Below, piece after piece: positions 24,677-34,134 of a stretch of DNA of 64,000 nt (positions within the stretch are counted from its first letter, which is position 1; each line of letters opens with the position of its first letter). Below the pieces are notes generated by a model. The model saw only the letters and a program-made list of their open reading frames with translations, searched no databases and had not been told where the DNA came from. A program made the translations under genes and the position numbers. This DNA comes from Myxococcota bacterium. GTDB lineage: Bacteria > Myxococcota_A > UBA9042 > PHBI01 > JAWLBL01. The stretch lies in the NCBI GenBank assembly GCA_041687695.1, contig JAWLBL010000009.1, positions 171,634-235,633 of the forward strand. Reading direction: 5' to 3'.

Positions 24677-26451
24677 GGGACGCGGTAGGCCGGGAGCATG
24701 AGCATGCGGTCGCCGGCGCGCTCGACGTGGGCGACGAGGCAGCCGGGCTCGAGCGCCTCGAGCTGCTGGGCGAGCCAGAGGTATTCGGCGTGGTCGGTGG
24801 TCCTGGGCGGGCGCCAGGCGTGGTGGGCGACGAGCAGGAGGGCCGCCGCCAGGGCCGGGGCGACGAAGGCGAAGGGGCGCCAGGCGAGGAGGCGCGCGGG
24901 CAGGAGCGCGACGCCGGCGAGCAGGGGCCAGAGCAGGAAGAGCCGGTCGAAGCTGGCCTGCCACAGCGGGCTCTGGGCGAAGATGGGGCGCAAGAGGAGG
25001 CAGGCCGCGACGGCGGCGCCGGCCAGGGGCAGCCAGCCGGCGGCGCGGCCGGGGGCCAAGCGGAGGCCGAGGACGCCCAGGAGCGCGGCGGCGCCCGCGA
25101 GGGCGAAGGTCGAGGGCGGGGTGACGGTGTCGCGGACCGAGGCGCTGGCGGCGGCTTCGGCGGCGACCAGGGCCAGAACACCGCCGCTGGTCAGGGCGAC
25201 GGCGAGGGCGGCCAGGCCTGAGGCGAGGGCGAGGCGGGGCAGGCTGGCGTGCCCGGCGGGGCGGGCGCCGGCCAGGATGGCGAGCGGGACCAGGGCGGCG
25301 GCGGGCCAGGCGGCCGGGTGGACGCGCACGGCCTGGGCGAGCAGGAGGGCGGCGGCGCAGGCGAGCGGGGCGGCGTGGCGGAGCGAGGTGCGGCGGCCGG
25401 CGGCGACGAGGAGGGCGCCGGCCGCGGCGAGCAGGGCCGTGAGCAGCGGGAAGTAGGACTCGGTGGCCGAGAAGAGGACGGAGGCCGGGTCGAGGGCGAC
25501 GACGAGGGCGGCGAGGGCGGCGGGAGTGCGCGGCAGGCCGGCGAGGCGGGCGGCGGCGAAGGCGAGCGGGGCGACGAGGGCGCCGAGGGCGGCGTTGGCG
25601 AGGAAGAGGGCCTGGTCGGGGCGGGCGGGGGCGAGGGCGGCCAGGGGGCCCAGGACCTCGGGGTAGCCGGGGCCGTAGCCCTGGAGCAGGAGCGGGCTGA
25701 GGGCGCCCTCGACCCAGAGCGGGCCGGCGCCGTTGACGCGCAGGGGGCCCCAGAGGCCGGCCAGGCCGCGGGCGGCCAGGGCGAGGAGCAGCGCGGCGGA
25801 CGAGGTCAGCAGGTCGGCGCGGCCGAGGCGGGCGACGGAGCGCCAGGAGGCCACGAGGGCCAGGGCCAGGGCGAGCAGCACGAGCCAGGGCCCGAGGTGA
25901 GCGGAGCCGAGCGGCGCGAGGACGGACAGCGGCGTGTCGGCGCGCGGCGGGGCGGAGGACGGGGCGGGCGCGGCGGCGGACGAGCCGGGCGGCGCGGCGG
26001 GGTCGGAGGTGGGGGCGTCGAGGGCGGTCCACTTGAAGGCGGCCTCGCGGGCGGTCACGCGCGCGGCCAGCGCGGTCACCAGCTCGGGCGGCGGGGCGCC
26101 GGCGCGCGCGACCAGGCGGAAGCGGTCGGTCCGGGCGAGCGCGGGGCCGTCCTCGGCGACGTGCCGGAGGGCGATCTCGAGCTCGACCGGGGGCGCGCCA
26201 CAGGAAAAGCGCGCAGCCACCTCGCTCATGACGATGCGCGCGCCGAGCAGGCGGCAGGCGCCCGGGAGGTCCTCGCCGAGCCCCATCATCTCGCCGACCA
26301 GGCGCTCCTGACCCGGCGGGATGCCCACCCGCGCCGGCGGCTGCCCGGACGCCGGCCCCGAGGCGCCCACCAGCACCAGCGCGACGAGCGACGCGACGAG
26401 CCAGCCCCCCCGCGTGCGTCCTCGTCCCGGATGCCCCTGCGGCCACGTCAT
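24409..26451 (-). CDS. Polytopic membrane protein, possibly GT-C glycosyltransferase-like
   Basis: Many TM segments, YGPGYP and SATESY loop motifs, Cys-containing C-terminal domain; start approximate. Confidence 0.6.
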   Translation of the reverse strand: MTWPQGHPGRGRTRGGWLVASLVALVLVGASGPASGQPPARVGIPPGQERLVGEMMGLGEDLPGACRLLGARIVMSEVAARFSCGAPPVELEIALRHVAEDGPALARTDRFRLVARAGAPPPELVTALAARVTAREAAFKWTALDAPTSDPAAPPGSSAAAPAPSSAPPRADTPLSVLAPLGSAHLGPWLVLLALALALVASWRSVARLGRADLLTSSAALLLALAARGLAGLWGPLRVNGAGPLWVEGALSPLLLQGYGPGYPEVLGPLAALAPARPDQALFLANAALGALVAPLAFAAARLAGLPRTPAALAALVVALDPASVLFSATESYFPLLTALLAAAGALLVAAGRRTSLRHAAPLACAAALLLAQAVRVHPAAWPAAALVPLAILAGARPAGHASLPRLALASGLAALAVALTSGGVLALVAAEAAASASVRDTVTPPSTFALAGAAALLGVLGLRLAPGRAAGWLPLAGAAVAACLLLRPIFAQSPLWQASFDRLFLLWPLLAGVALLPARLLAWRPFAFVAPALAAALLLVAHHAWRPPRTTDHAEYLWLAQQLEALEPGCLVAHVERAGDRMLMLPAYRVPGARRELAGVVRLPGDWTPADLARERCVVYVRSSLCSSPEGRPLCDAAEAQLPLTPLARTALPAVPSRAGLTYDRDPVEVVLSRVRRAP

Positions 26452-26670
26452 CCCGGCTACGCTGCCCAGGGCCCTGCCCCCTGTCAACCTGGGGCCGGTC
26501 GATGGGGAGGGCCGGGCGAGATGTCGCACGTGCGTTGCGACTGTCGCGACGGATGGGCGTCGGCGCTGCCGAGCGGGCCGTCCAGCGGGGCTGCGTTCGG
26601 TCGGCACCGATCGGCCGGAGGCGCCCTGGGTGCGGGCGCAGAGGCCTGATGGGGCGCGGGGCGGGTGATT

Positions 26671-26686
26671 AGGCACGGTGCTTGCT
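26671..26686 (+). promoter_or_regulatory. Putative sigma-54 promoter of sulP
   Basis: AGGCACGGTGCTTGCT fits GG-N10-GC and is close to the TGGCACG-N4-TTGC consensus. Confidence 0.65.
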
Positions 26687-26734
26687 TTACTGGTCCACGC
26701 ACCCGGGCCGGAGCGCCCCAAGCGAGGTCACCCA

Positions 26735-28456
26735 ATGAATCTGCTCCGCAAGCTCCCTGCCGCGACGTGGCTCAAGGCCTACGACCGTGGCTCCCTGACG
26801 AGCGATCTGCTCGCCGCCGCCATCGTCACCCTGATGCTCATCCCCCAGAGCCTGGCCTACGCCCTGCTGGCCGGCCTGCCTCCAGAGGTGGGGCTGTACG
26901 CCTCCATCCTCCCGCTCGTCGGCTACGCCCTGTTCGGCTCGAGCCGCACCCTGGCCGTCGGCCCCGTCGCCGTCGTCTCGCTGATGACCGCCAGCGCCGC
27001 CGGCGGCATCGCGGCCCAGGGCAGCCCCGAGTACACCTCGGTCGCCCTCATCCTGGCCGCGCTCTCCGGGCTCTTCCTCCTCGGGCTCGGCCTCCTCCGG
27101 CTGGGCTCGCTCGCGAGCCTCCTCAGCCACCCCGTCATCTCGGGCTTCATCACCGCCTCGGCCCTGGTCATCGCCGCCAGCCAGCTCGGCCCCGTCCTCG
27201 GCCTCCGCGCCGGCGGCGACAACCTCGTCGAGGTCGCCGAGAAGCTCCTCTCCAACCTGGGCGACGTCCACCTGCCCACGCTGGCCGTCGGCGGCCTGAC
27301 CATCGCCCTCCTCATGTGGATCCGCCGCCGCCTCGGCCCTCTGCTGAAGCGACGCGGCGTCCGCCCCGCCGTCGCCGACATCATCGTCCGCGCCGGCCCG
27401 GTCGTCGCCGTCGTCGCCAGCATCGCCGCGGTCGCCCTCCTCGGCCTCGACGCCCAGGGCGTCGCCACGGTCGGCGCCGTCCCCGGCGGCTTCCCGCCCC
27501 TCACCCTGCCCGACTTCGACGCGGGGCTGTGGCTCCAGCTCCTGCCGGCCGCCATCCTCATCAGCATCGTCGGCTTCGTCGAGTCCGTCTCCGTCGCCCA
27601 GTCGCTGGCCGTCAAGCGTCGCCAACGCATCGAGCCCAACCAGGAGCTCCTCGGCCTCGGCGCCGCCAACCTCGCCGCCTCCCTCACCGGCGGCTACCCG
27701 GTCACCGGCGGCTTCTCCCGCTCGATCGTCAACTACGAGGCCGGCGCCCAGACCCCGGCGGCCGGCGTCTTCACCGCCGTCCTCATCGCCGTCGCGACCC
27801 TGCTGCTCACGCCGCTGTTCCGCCTGCTGCCCAGCGCGGTCCTGGCCGCCACCATCATCGTGGCCGTCATCGGCCTGGTCGACCTCCACACCCTGGTCCG
27901 CACCTGGCGCTACGACCGCGCCGACTTCGTCGCCAGCGCCGTCACCGTGGTGCTGGTCCTGGGCCACAGCATCGAGGCGGGCCTCATCGCCGGCGTCGGC
28001 ATCTCCATAGCCCTGTTCCTGTGGCGCACCACCCGCCCCCACGTCGCCATCGTCGGCCGCGTCCCGGGCACCGAGCACTACCGCAACGTGCGCCGGCACG
28101 AGGTCCTCACCAGCCCCAAGGTGCTGGCCGTGCGCATCGACGAGAGCCTGTACTTCGCCAACTCGCGCTACCTCGAGGACTGCCTGACCGCCGCCATCAC
28201 CGACCACCCGGACGTCCGCGACGTGGTCCTCATCGCCAGCGCCGTCAACGCCATCGACGCCAGCGCCCTCGAGAGCCTCGAGCTGCTCGTGCGCCGCCTC
28301 GCCGACGCCGGCGTCACCCTGCACTTCGCCGAGGTCAAGGGCCCCGTCATGGACCGCCTCGCCCGCGTCGGCTTCACCGACCACCTGGGGCGCGGCCGGG
28401 TGTTCCGCTCGACCCACGAGGCCATGGTCGCCCTGGATCCCGCGATGGCCGACTGA
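26735..28456 (+). CDS. sulP: SulP-family anion permease with STAS domain
   Basis: IPQSLAYALLAGLPPEVGLYAS, GSSRTLAVGPVA, GGFSRS.VN, RIDESLYFAN STAS motif. Confidence 0.95.
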   Translation: MNLLRKLPAATWLKAYDRGSLTSDLLAAAIVTLMLIPQSLAYALLAGLPPEVGLYASILPLVGYALFGSSRTLAVGPVAVVSLMTASAAGGIAAQGSPEYTSVALILAALSGLFLLGLGLLRLGSLASLLSHPVISGFITASALVIAASQLGPVLGLRAGGDNLVEVAEKLLSNLGDVHLPTLAVGGLTIALLMWIRRRLGPLLKRRGVRPAVADIIVRAGPVVAVVASIAAVALLGLDAQGVATVGAVPGGFPPLTLPDFDAGLWLQLLPAAILISIVGFVESVSVAQSLAVKRRQRIEPNQELLGLGAANLAASLTGGYPVTGGFSRSIVNYEAGAQTPAAGVFTAVLIAVATLLLTPLFRLLPSAVLAATIIVAVIGLVDLHTLVRTWRYDRADFVASAVTVVLVLGHSIEAGLIAGVGISIALFLWRTTRPHVAIVGRVPGTEHYRNVRRHEVLTSPKVLAVRIDESLYFANSRYLEDCLTAAITDHPDVRDVVLIASAVNAIDASALESLELLVRRLADAGVTLHFAEVKGPVMDRLARVGFTDHLGRGRVFRSTHEAMVALDPAMAD

Positions 28457-28526
28457 GCTCGGCCGCGGGCGCGGCCGGGGCCTGCCCCCGTTCGCGCCCG
28501 CGGCCCGCGCGTCGATCGGACGGCGA

Positions 28527-29297
28527 TCAGCCCGGGACCGGCGCCGAAGCGGGGCGCACCGCCGGAGGAGGCGTCTCGAGCGCCTCGAACCGCAGTCGAC
28601 GCAGCACCAGCAGGTGCCCGGCGATGGCGGCCTGGACGCAGATGGCCGGCAGGAAGACGAACGGGAAGTAGGTCACCCAGACGTTGGCGGGCTCGTTCAT
28701 GAAGGTGCGGATGGGCAGCGGCAGCGAGAGGATGGCGATCGCCATCACCGTGACGAGCAGGACGGCGCCCGTGGCGTTCCAGACCGCGAAGATCCACCGG
28801 GGGAGCGGTCGACGCCAGGCCAGCAGCGCCAGGGTGACCGCGGAGACGCCGGTCAGGATGTCCAGGTTCAGCCCGGACCACGTCATCTGAGGTGGCATGA
28901 GGCCCTCGGCGGCCGCTCGATGCATGGCCAGCTCGAGCGGCAGGCGGAATCCCTGGATCGCGACCAGGACGGCGACCGGTGTCGCCTGGGCGACCCAGGT
29001 GCCCGCCTTCGAGAAGGCGAAGACGAAGGCGCCCGCGATCATCGCCAGGATGAACGGCAGGACGGGCGGGGGCGTCGCGTCCCACTGCCTCAAGGCGCCG
29101 GACAGCGCGAGCGCGGTGGCGACGACCAGCCAGAGGGCGCCCCCCAGGCTCACCTGCCAGGTCCGGCGGCGGACCTCGGCGGCCGGCGCGCCGAGGCGAC
29201 GGCCCGCGCGGCGGACCAGGAGCGCCCAGGTCGCGAGCAGGGCCAGGGGCAGGATCAGGAAGGGGAGCTGGAGGAGGAGAGAAGCGTCGGGATGCAT
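28527..29297 (-). CDS. Conserved hypothetical membrane protein (paralog 1)
   Basis: QGFRLPLELAMH..EGLMPPQMTW.GLNLDILTG, NEPANVW..PFV motifs; multiple TMs. Confidence 0.8.
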   Translation of the reverse strand: MHPDASLLLQLPFLILPLALLATWALLVRRAGRRLGAPAAEVRRRTWQVSLGGALWLVVATALALSGALRQWDATPPPVLPFILAMIAGAFVFAFSKAGTWVAQATPVAVLVAIQGFRLPLELAMHRAAAEGLMPPQMTWSGLNLDILTGVSAVTLALLAWRRPLPRWIFAVWNATGAVLLVTVMAIAILSLPLPIRTFMNEPANVWVTYFPFVFLPAICVQAAIAGHLLVLRRLRFEALETPPPAVRPASAPVPG

Positions 29298-29320
29298 GTC
29301 GAGACCTCGTTAGAAAGTTT

Positions 29321-29333
29321 ACTTTTTGATAGT
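29321..29333. promoter_or_regulatory. Possible HxlR-type operator
   Basis: ACT-N7-AGT inside an AT-rich patch directly upstream of the gene, near an HxlR-family gene. Confidence 0.3.
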
Positions 29334-29417
29334 TGCCACCACCTGAAACTCAAGTCAACACGTCTGGACGCAGCGCGGCGTCTGCGCCCGCAACGCGCCG
29401 GGGCGTTCGCCATCGCG

Positions 29418-30146
29418 TCAGCGGGCGTCGGGTCGCGTCCGGAGCTTGCGCCAGAGGACCACGTGACCGAACAGGGCCGACATGACCATGACGGCGGGGA
29501 GCCACACGAAGGGCAGCCAGGTGAGCCAGACGTTGGCGGGCTCGTTCATGAAGACCCGGAAGGGGAGCGGGAGCGAGAGGATGCCCACGGTGGCCACGAC
29601 GAGCAGCAGGACGTGTCCCATGGCGTTCCAGGCCACCAGCACCGGCCGCGGCACGGCCGTTCGGGTGAGGGTCACCGCCAGGAGGAGGGCGGTCGCGCCC
29701 GTCAGGACGTCGAGGTTCAGCCCGGTCCAGGTCATCTGCGGGGGCATCAGGCCCGCCTCGGCCGCGGCGTGCATGGCCAGCTCGAGCGGCAAGCGGAAGG
29801 CCTGTAGGCCGATGAGCCAGGCGTAGGACAGGCCCTGGGCGAGCCAGGCCCCCGCGCGCGACGCCGCCAGCCCGAGGGTGAGGACGAGGAGGCCGAGCAG
29901 CATCAGGAGGATGGGCGGCGGCATCGCGTCCCAGCGGCGCAGGACGCCCGAGGCGGCGAGGGCGGCGCTGCCGACCAGCATGGCGAGCCAGACGGTAGCC
30001 GTGAGCGCGACCTGGCGTCGGATCTGGGCGGGCGGGGCCCCGAGCGCGCGGCCGGCGCGGGCCACGAGCGCGGGCCAGGCGACGACCAGGGCGACGGCGA
30101 GCAGGGCGAAGGGGGTCATGAGGCCGGCTGAGGCGCTGGGATGCAT
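29418..30146 (-). CDS. Conserved hypothetical membrane protein (paralog 2)
   Basis: Same motifs as 28527..29297; both start MHP.AS. Confidence 0.8.
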   Translation of the reverse strand: MHPSASAGLMTPFALLAVALVVAWPALVARAGRALGAPPAQIRRQVALTATVWLAMLVGSAALAASGVLRRWDAMPPPILLMLLGLLVLTLGLAASRAGAWLAQGLSYAWLIGLQAFRLPLELAMHAAAEAGLMPPQMTWTGLNLDVLTGATALLLAVTLTRTAVPRPVLVAWNAMGHVLLLVVATVGILSLPLPFRVFMNEPANVWLTWLPFVWLPAVMVMSALFGHVVLWRKLRTRPDAR

Positions 30147-30216
30147 GGGCGGGTCCTGGCCGTTGAGCTTTACTGCTTGCATCCCACATCAATCACAAAG
30201 TAAAGGCCAGAGAGAC

Positions 30217-30861
30217 ATGAGCTCGGAGACGCGACGCAGCTATCAGCAGTTCTGTGGACTGGCCCGCGCGCTGGACGTGGTGGGCGAGCGTTGGACCCTG
30301 CTCATCCTGCGGGACATGCTGCTCGGCCCGCGCCGCTACAGCGACCTGCTGAACGGGCTGCCGGGGATCACGACCAACCTGTTGGCCAAGCGGCTCAAGC
30401 AGATGCAGGCCGACGGGCTCATCGAGCAGGTCAAGCTGCCGCCTCCCGCGTCGGTCACCGCCTACCAGCTCACCGCCGCGGGCGCCGACCTCGAGCCGGC
30501 GCTGATGGCGCTCGCCCGCTGGGGTGGGCGCCTGCTCGACCGCCCCCGCGAGGACGACGCCGTGAACATCGGCTGGGGCCTCATCTCGCTCAAGCGGCGC
30601 TACCGCGGCGGACATCGGATGGTCGCGTCGTTCCAGGTCGACGACCGCCACTTCGAGCTGACCTTCACGCCCGACTACCTGAAGGTGAACGAGCGGATGG
30701 CCGCGGCGCCGCACGTGACGGTCCAGGGGGCGAGCGAAGCCTTCCGGGCCTGGCTGTTCATGGGGCGGCCCGCGGCCGAGCTGGTCCGCGAGGGGCAGCT
30801 GACGGTCTCGGGCGAGCGGTTCGAGGATCTCTTGGACGCGTTCGGGCTGACGCGCGGCTGA
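30217..30861 (+). CDS. HxlR-family winged-helix regulator with SCP2-like C-terminus
   Basis: RSYQQFCGLARALDVVGERWTLLILRD..GPRRYSDL..LPGITTNLLAKRL. Confidence 0.92.
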   Translation: MSSETRRSYQQFCGLARALDVVGERWTLLILRDMLLGPRRYSDLLNGLPGITTNLLAKRLKQMQADGLIEQVKLPPPASVTAYQLTAAGADLEPALMALARWGGRLLDRPREDDAVNIGWGLISLKRRYRGGHRMVASFQVDDRHFELTFTPDYLKVNERMAAAPHVTVQGASEAFRAWLFMGRPAAELVREGQLTVSGERFEDLLDAFGLTRG

Positions 30862-30980
30862 GCGCGACGGATCGACCTCGGCGACCTCGGCGACCTCGGC
30901 GAGGGCGGGGGCCGGCCTTGCGCGACGCCGGGCGAAGGCCTATGAAGCCCCCTTCACCACACAACAGGGCGGAGGTCCTC

Positions 30981-32504
30981 GTGGGCAAGGCGCGCAAGAA
31001 CAAGCAGGGCGCGGGCGGCCGGACGATCGAGCAGGGCGTCGTGCTGCCCGAGGGGCAGAGCGGCTCGCGCCTGTTCCACGGGGTGCTGCAGGGGGCCGCC
31101 GAGGCCTTCCCCGAGACCTTCGGCCCGGCGCGCTTTCCGCAGCGGGCGGACGGGTTCAAGGACGGTTACGGGGACGCGCTGGTGCGCTTCGAGGCGGCGC
31201 GGGCGGGCTCGCCGCGGCGGGACGAGATCGCGCGCTTTCTGGCGCAGCGCACCCAGGACCAGCTGTCCTTCCGACGCAACGGCAGCCTCGAGCCGCTGGC
31301 GGCGCATCTGGCGGCCGAGGCCACCCGTGACATCGAGCTGGCGCGTCGGCCGGTGGGCGGCAAGCCGGGGCTGCGCGCCGAGGTGCCGTTCGAGGGGCGG
31401 GTCCACCGCGGGCGCGAGGTGCTGACGCTGCTCGATCGGCTGCAGGAGCGGAGCCTGATGACCGCTCGGGCGGCCGCCGGGGTGCGCTGGACGGTCGAGC
31501 GCATCGCGGCGGACGGGGGCGCGCTGGATCTGACCGGGCAGCGCTTCGCGGTGCTGGGCGCGAGCGCCGAGCTTGCGCCCACGGCGATGCTGCTCGAGGC
31601 CGGCGCGACGGTGCTGTGGGTGGACGTGGCCGAGCCCGAGCGCCTGCTCAACGGCCATCGGGGCGAGCGCCCGCTGGCCGGCGCGCTGGTGACGGCGCCG
31701 GGAGCGCGGGATCTGCTGCAGGCGCCCGGGGCCATCGCCGCGGCCGTGCGCCGCTTCGCCGAGGAGGGCGACGACGGACGCGTCCACCTGGGCCTGTTCG
31801 CCTACGCGCCCGGGGCCGCGCGCGAGCTGCGCCTGTCGGCGGCCATGGACGCCATCGCGCGGGCGCTGGGGCCCGACGTGGTGCGCTCGGTCGCGCTGTA
31901 CATCTCGCCGACCGTGCCGTCGTGCGTGCAGCCCGAGGACCGCGGGGCCGTCGAGGCGCAGCTGAAGAGGCTGCCGCTGTGGAAGGGCGTTCTCGGGCGC
32001 CTGGGCGCCCTGCCCGGCCCGGGGCATCACGTCGTCGGCGACGTGGCGATCGCCCGCGCCATCGTGACCCTGCAGGGCACGACCTACCAGGCCGCGCAGT
32101 ACCTGACCAAGATCGCCGCCGCCGAGGCCTGGGCCACCGCCGACCGACCGGTCACCGTGTCGGCCAACGTCGCGGGCATCACCAACACGCGCTCGCTGGC
32201 GCACCCGCTGTTCCAGGCGGGCTTCGTCGGCGCCCCCAGCTTCGGCGTCCAGATCTTCCAGCCGGCCACCACGCGCGCCCTCAACGGCCTGCTGATGCTG
32301 CACGACGTCCTGAACCCCGACGCCCCCGGCGCCGCCGCGGCCCGCCACCCCTCGCCGGCCGCCAAGGCCCGCGCCGTGCTGGCCCAGCAGATCCACGGCG
32401 GGGTCTATGCCCTGCCGTGGACCCTCGAGGGGACCGTCCGCGCCGGCGCCGTGCTGGGCCTTTGCCGCCAGCCGTCCGTCCTGTGGAGCCGGCCGCGGCG
32501 CTGA
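30981..32504 (+). CDS. Hypothetical protein with a Rossmann-like segment
   Basis: GGAGG RBS and GTG start; FAVLGASAELAP, QGTTYQAAQ, VSANVAGITNTRS and QQIHGG motifs; host-like codon bias. Confidence 0.7.
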   Translation: MGKARKNKQGAGGRTIEQGVVLPEGQSGSRLFHGVLQGAAEAFPETFGPARFPQRADGFKDGYGDALVRFEAARAGSPRRDEIARFLAQRTQDQLSFRRNGSLEPLAAHLAAEATRDIELARRPVGGKPGLRAEVPFEGRVHRGREVLTLLDRLQERSLMTARAAAGVRWTVERIAADGGALDLTGQRFAVLGASAELAPTAMLLEAGATVLWVDVAEPERLLNGHRGERPLAGALVTAPGARDLLQAPGAIAAAVRRFAEEGDDGRVHLGLFAYAPGAARELRLSAAMDAIARALGPDVVRSVALYISPTVPSCVQPEDRGAVEAQLKRLPLWKGVLGRLGALPGPGHHVVGDVAIARAIVTLQGTTYQAAQYLTKIAAAEAWATADRPVTVSANVAGITNTRSLAHPLFQAGFVGAPSFGVQIFQPATTRALNGLLMLHDVLNPDAPGAAAARHPSPAAKARAVLAQQIHGGVYALPWTLEGTVRAGAVLGLCRQPSVLWSRPRR

Positions 32505-32527
32505 CGCCGCCACCTATTACATGGGGG

Positions 32528-33304
32528 TCACATGGAAGCCGGCGCCACGGCGGCCGGCGCCGGGGCGCGCGCCAACCCCACGGTCCGCTCGACCAGCTCG
32601 TCGACCGGCTGGGCGAGCCCCTCGAGCTGGAAGGCGATGGCGCCCCGCGCGTCCAGCAGCGTGATGAAGTTGGAGTGGCTGATGTGGCCGTTGTCGAGCT
32701 GGCGGTACTTCACGCCCAGGACCAGGGCCAGGGCGCGGGTCAGCGCCTCGTCGCCGCGCACCAGCCGCCACCGGTCGGTCGGCATCTCGTACTGCTTGGC
32801 GTACTCGGCCAGCCGCTCGGGCGTGTCGTTGGCGGCGTCCAGCGTCACCAGCAGCACCCGCGAGGCCGCGCGCACGTCGTCGGGCAGCGCCTCCTGATAG
32901 CGCTTCAGATCGTTGACCAGGATGGGGCAGGCCGACGCGCAGCTGCCGTAGAACATCACGATCGCCGTCGGGTGCCCCTCGAAGACGTCCAGCGAGGTCT
33001 CGCGGCCCTCCTGGTCGGTGAAGGTCCCCTCCAGCGCGTAGATCGACTCGCCCGCCGGCTCCGCCACGGCCGGCGAGTCTTCGGCCTCCGCCTCGGCCGC
33101 CGCGGCCGCCTTGTCCTTGCCGTGGCAGCACGGCTTGGCCTCGCCCTCGGCCGGCGCGCCCTCGGCCGCCTGCACCGCGGGCCCCTCGGCCACCGCCAGC
33201 GGCGTGGGCGCCTCCGGCGCTCCGACCTCCTGACATCCCATGCCCAGGGCCCCGAGCAGGGCCACCGCCCCGAACGCCACCATCCAACCGTAGTTCGTCC
33301 TCAT
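32528..33304 (-). CDS. SCO1/SenC copper chaperone
   Basis: FYGSCASACP (CxxxC), TLD..NDTPERL..Y, ISHSN His; lipoprotein-like N-terminus. Confidence 0.92.
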   Translation of the reverse strand: MRTNYGWMVAFGAVALLGALGMGCQEVGAPEAPTPLAVAEGPAVQAAEGAPAEGEAKPCCHGKDKAAAAAEAEAEDSPAVAEPAGESIYALEGTFTDQEGRETSLDVFEGHPTAIVMFYGSCASACPILVNDLKRYQEALPDDVRAASRVLLVTLDAANDTPERLAEYAKQYEMPTDRWRLVRGDEALTRALALVLGVKYRQLDNGHISHSNFITLLDARGAIAFQLEGLAQPVDELVERTVGLARAPAPAAVAPASM

Positions 33305-34134
33305 CTCCGCACCTCCCGGCCGCCGTCGGCGGCCTCGATGACACATCGGAAGCCCAGGTTGCGCACCGCGTACGAGCCCTGCAGGCTCGACCGGAAGGCG
33401 AAGCGCATGAACGCCGCGTAGTCGCTGGAGTCAGCGGCGCCGATCGCCGCCCCGCCGCAGAAGCGGCCGGTCTCGCGGTCTCCCTCCTGCCGGTTGTCGG
33501 CGCTGACCAGCGACGCGTTGAAGTCCTGCACCCACTCCCAGACCAGGCCGTGGAGATCGTGCAGCCCGTACACGTTCGGCGCCTGCTGGCCGACCTCGCG
33601 CATCGTCGTCGCCCCGGGGCGGGCGTACCAGCTCAGGATGCGCCGCGTGTACTCGGGGTCGCCGCGCGCGTCGCGCCGCGTCTCGTCGGCCTGCGCCGCC
33701 AGCTCCCACTCGGCCTCGGTCGGCAGCCTCGCCCCGCGCGCCTTGCAGTAGGCGTTGGCCGCGAACCACGACACGTAGGTCACCGCCTGCGCGGGCCCGG
33801 CCTGCGGCCCCAGCTCGAGGTCGCCGGCCCAATGCGCGAGGTACGAGGGGTCGGCGAACAGGCGCGAGGCCTTCGACCGGCGCCAGCGCGGGTCGTCGCG
33901 CACGAAGTCCAGCATCTGCGCGTTGGTCACGGGCCGCGCGTCCATCCAGAAGGCGGGGACGGCGCGCGGGCCCTCGTCCTTGGCCGGGTAGAAGGGGCGG
34001 TAGTCGGCCCCCGGCACCAGGACCATGCCGGGGGCGGGCGGGACGGCGGCGGGGGCCGGCGGGGTCGCCGCGCTCGCCGCCCCGGTGACGGCGAGCGCGA
34101 GCGCCCCGAGGCACGCTCGGAGCGCGGCGCCCAT
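33301..34134 (-). CDS. FGE-sulfatase-domain (NirV-like) protein
   Basis: PVTN, VSWFAANAYC, RLPTEAEWE, NVYGLHDLHGLVWEW, NLGFRC; directly downstream of nirK. Confidence 0.9.
   Translation of the reverse strand: MGAALRACLGALALAVTGAASAATPPAPAAVPPAPGMVLVPGADYRPFYPAKDEGPRAVPAFWMDARPVTNAQMLDFVRDDPRWRRSKASRLFADPSYLAHWAGDLELGPQAGPAQAVTYVSWFAANAYCKARGARLPTEAEWELAAQADETRRDARGDPEYTRRILSWYARPGATTMREVGQQAPNVYGLHDLHGLVWEWVQDFNASLVSADNRQEGDRETGRFCGGAAIGAADSSDYAAFMRFAFRSSLQGSYAVRNLGFRCVIEAADGGREVRR

Noticed and set aside
30873..30902. 9-bp tandem repeat CGACCTCGG x3
   Set aside because: Too short to support a function; likely slippage.
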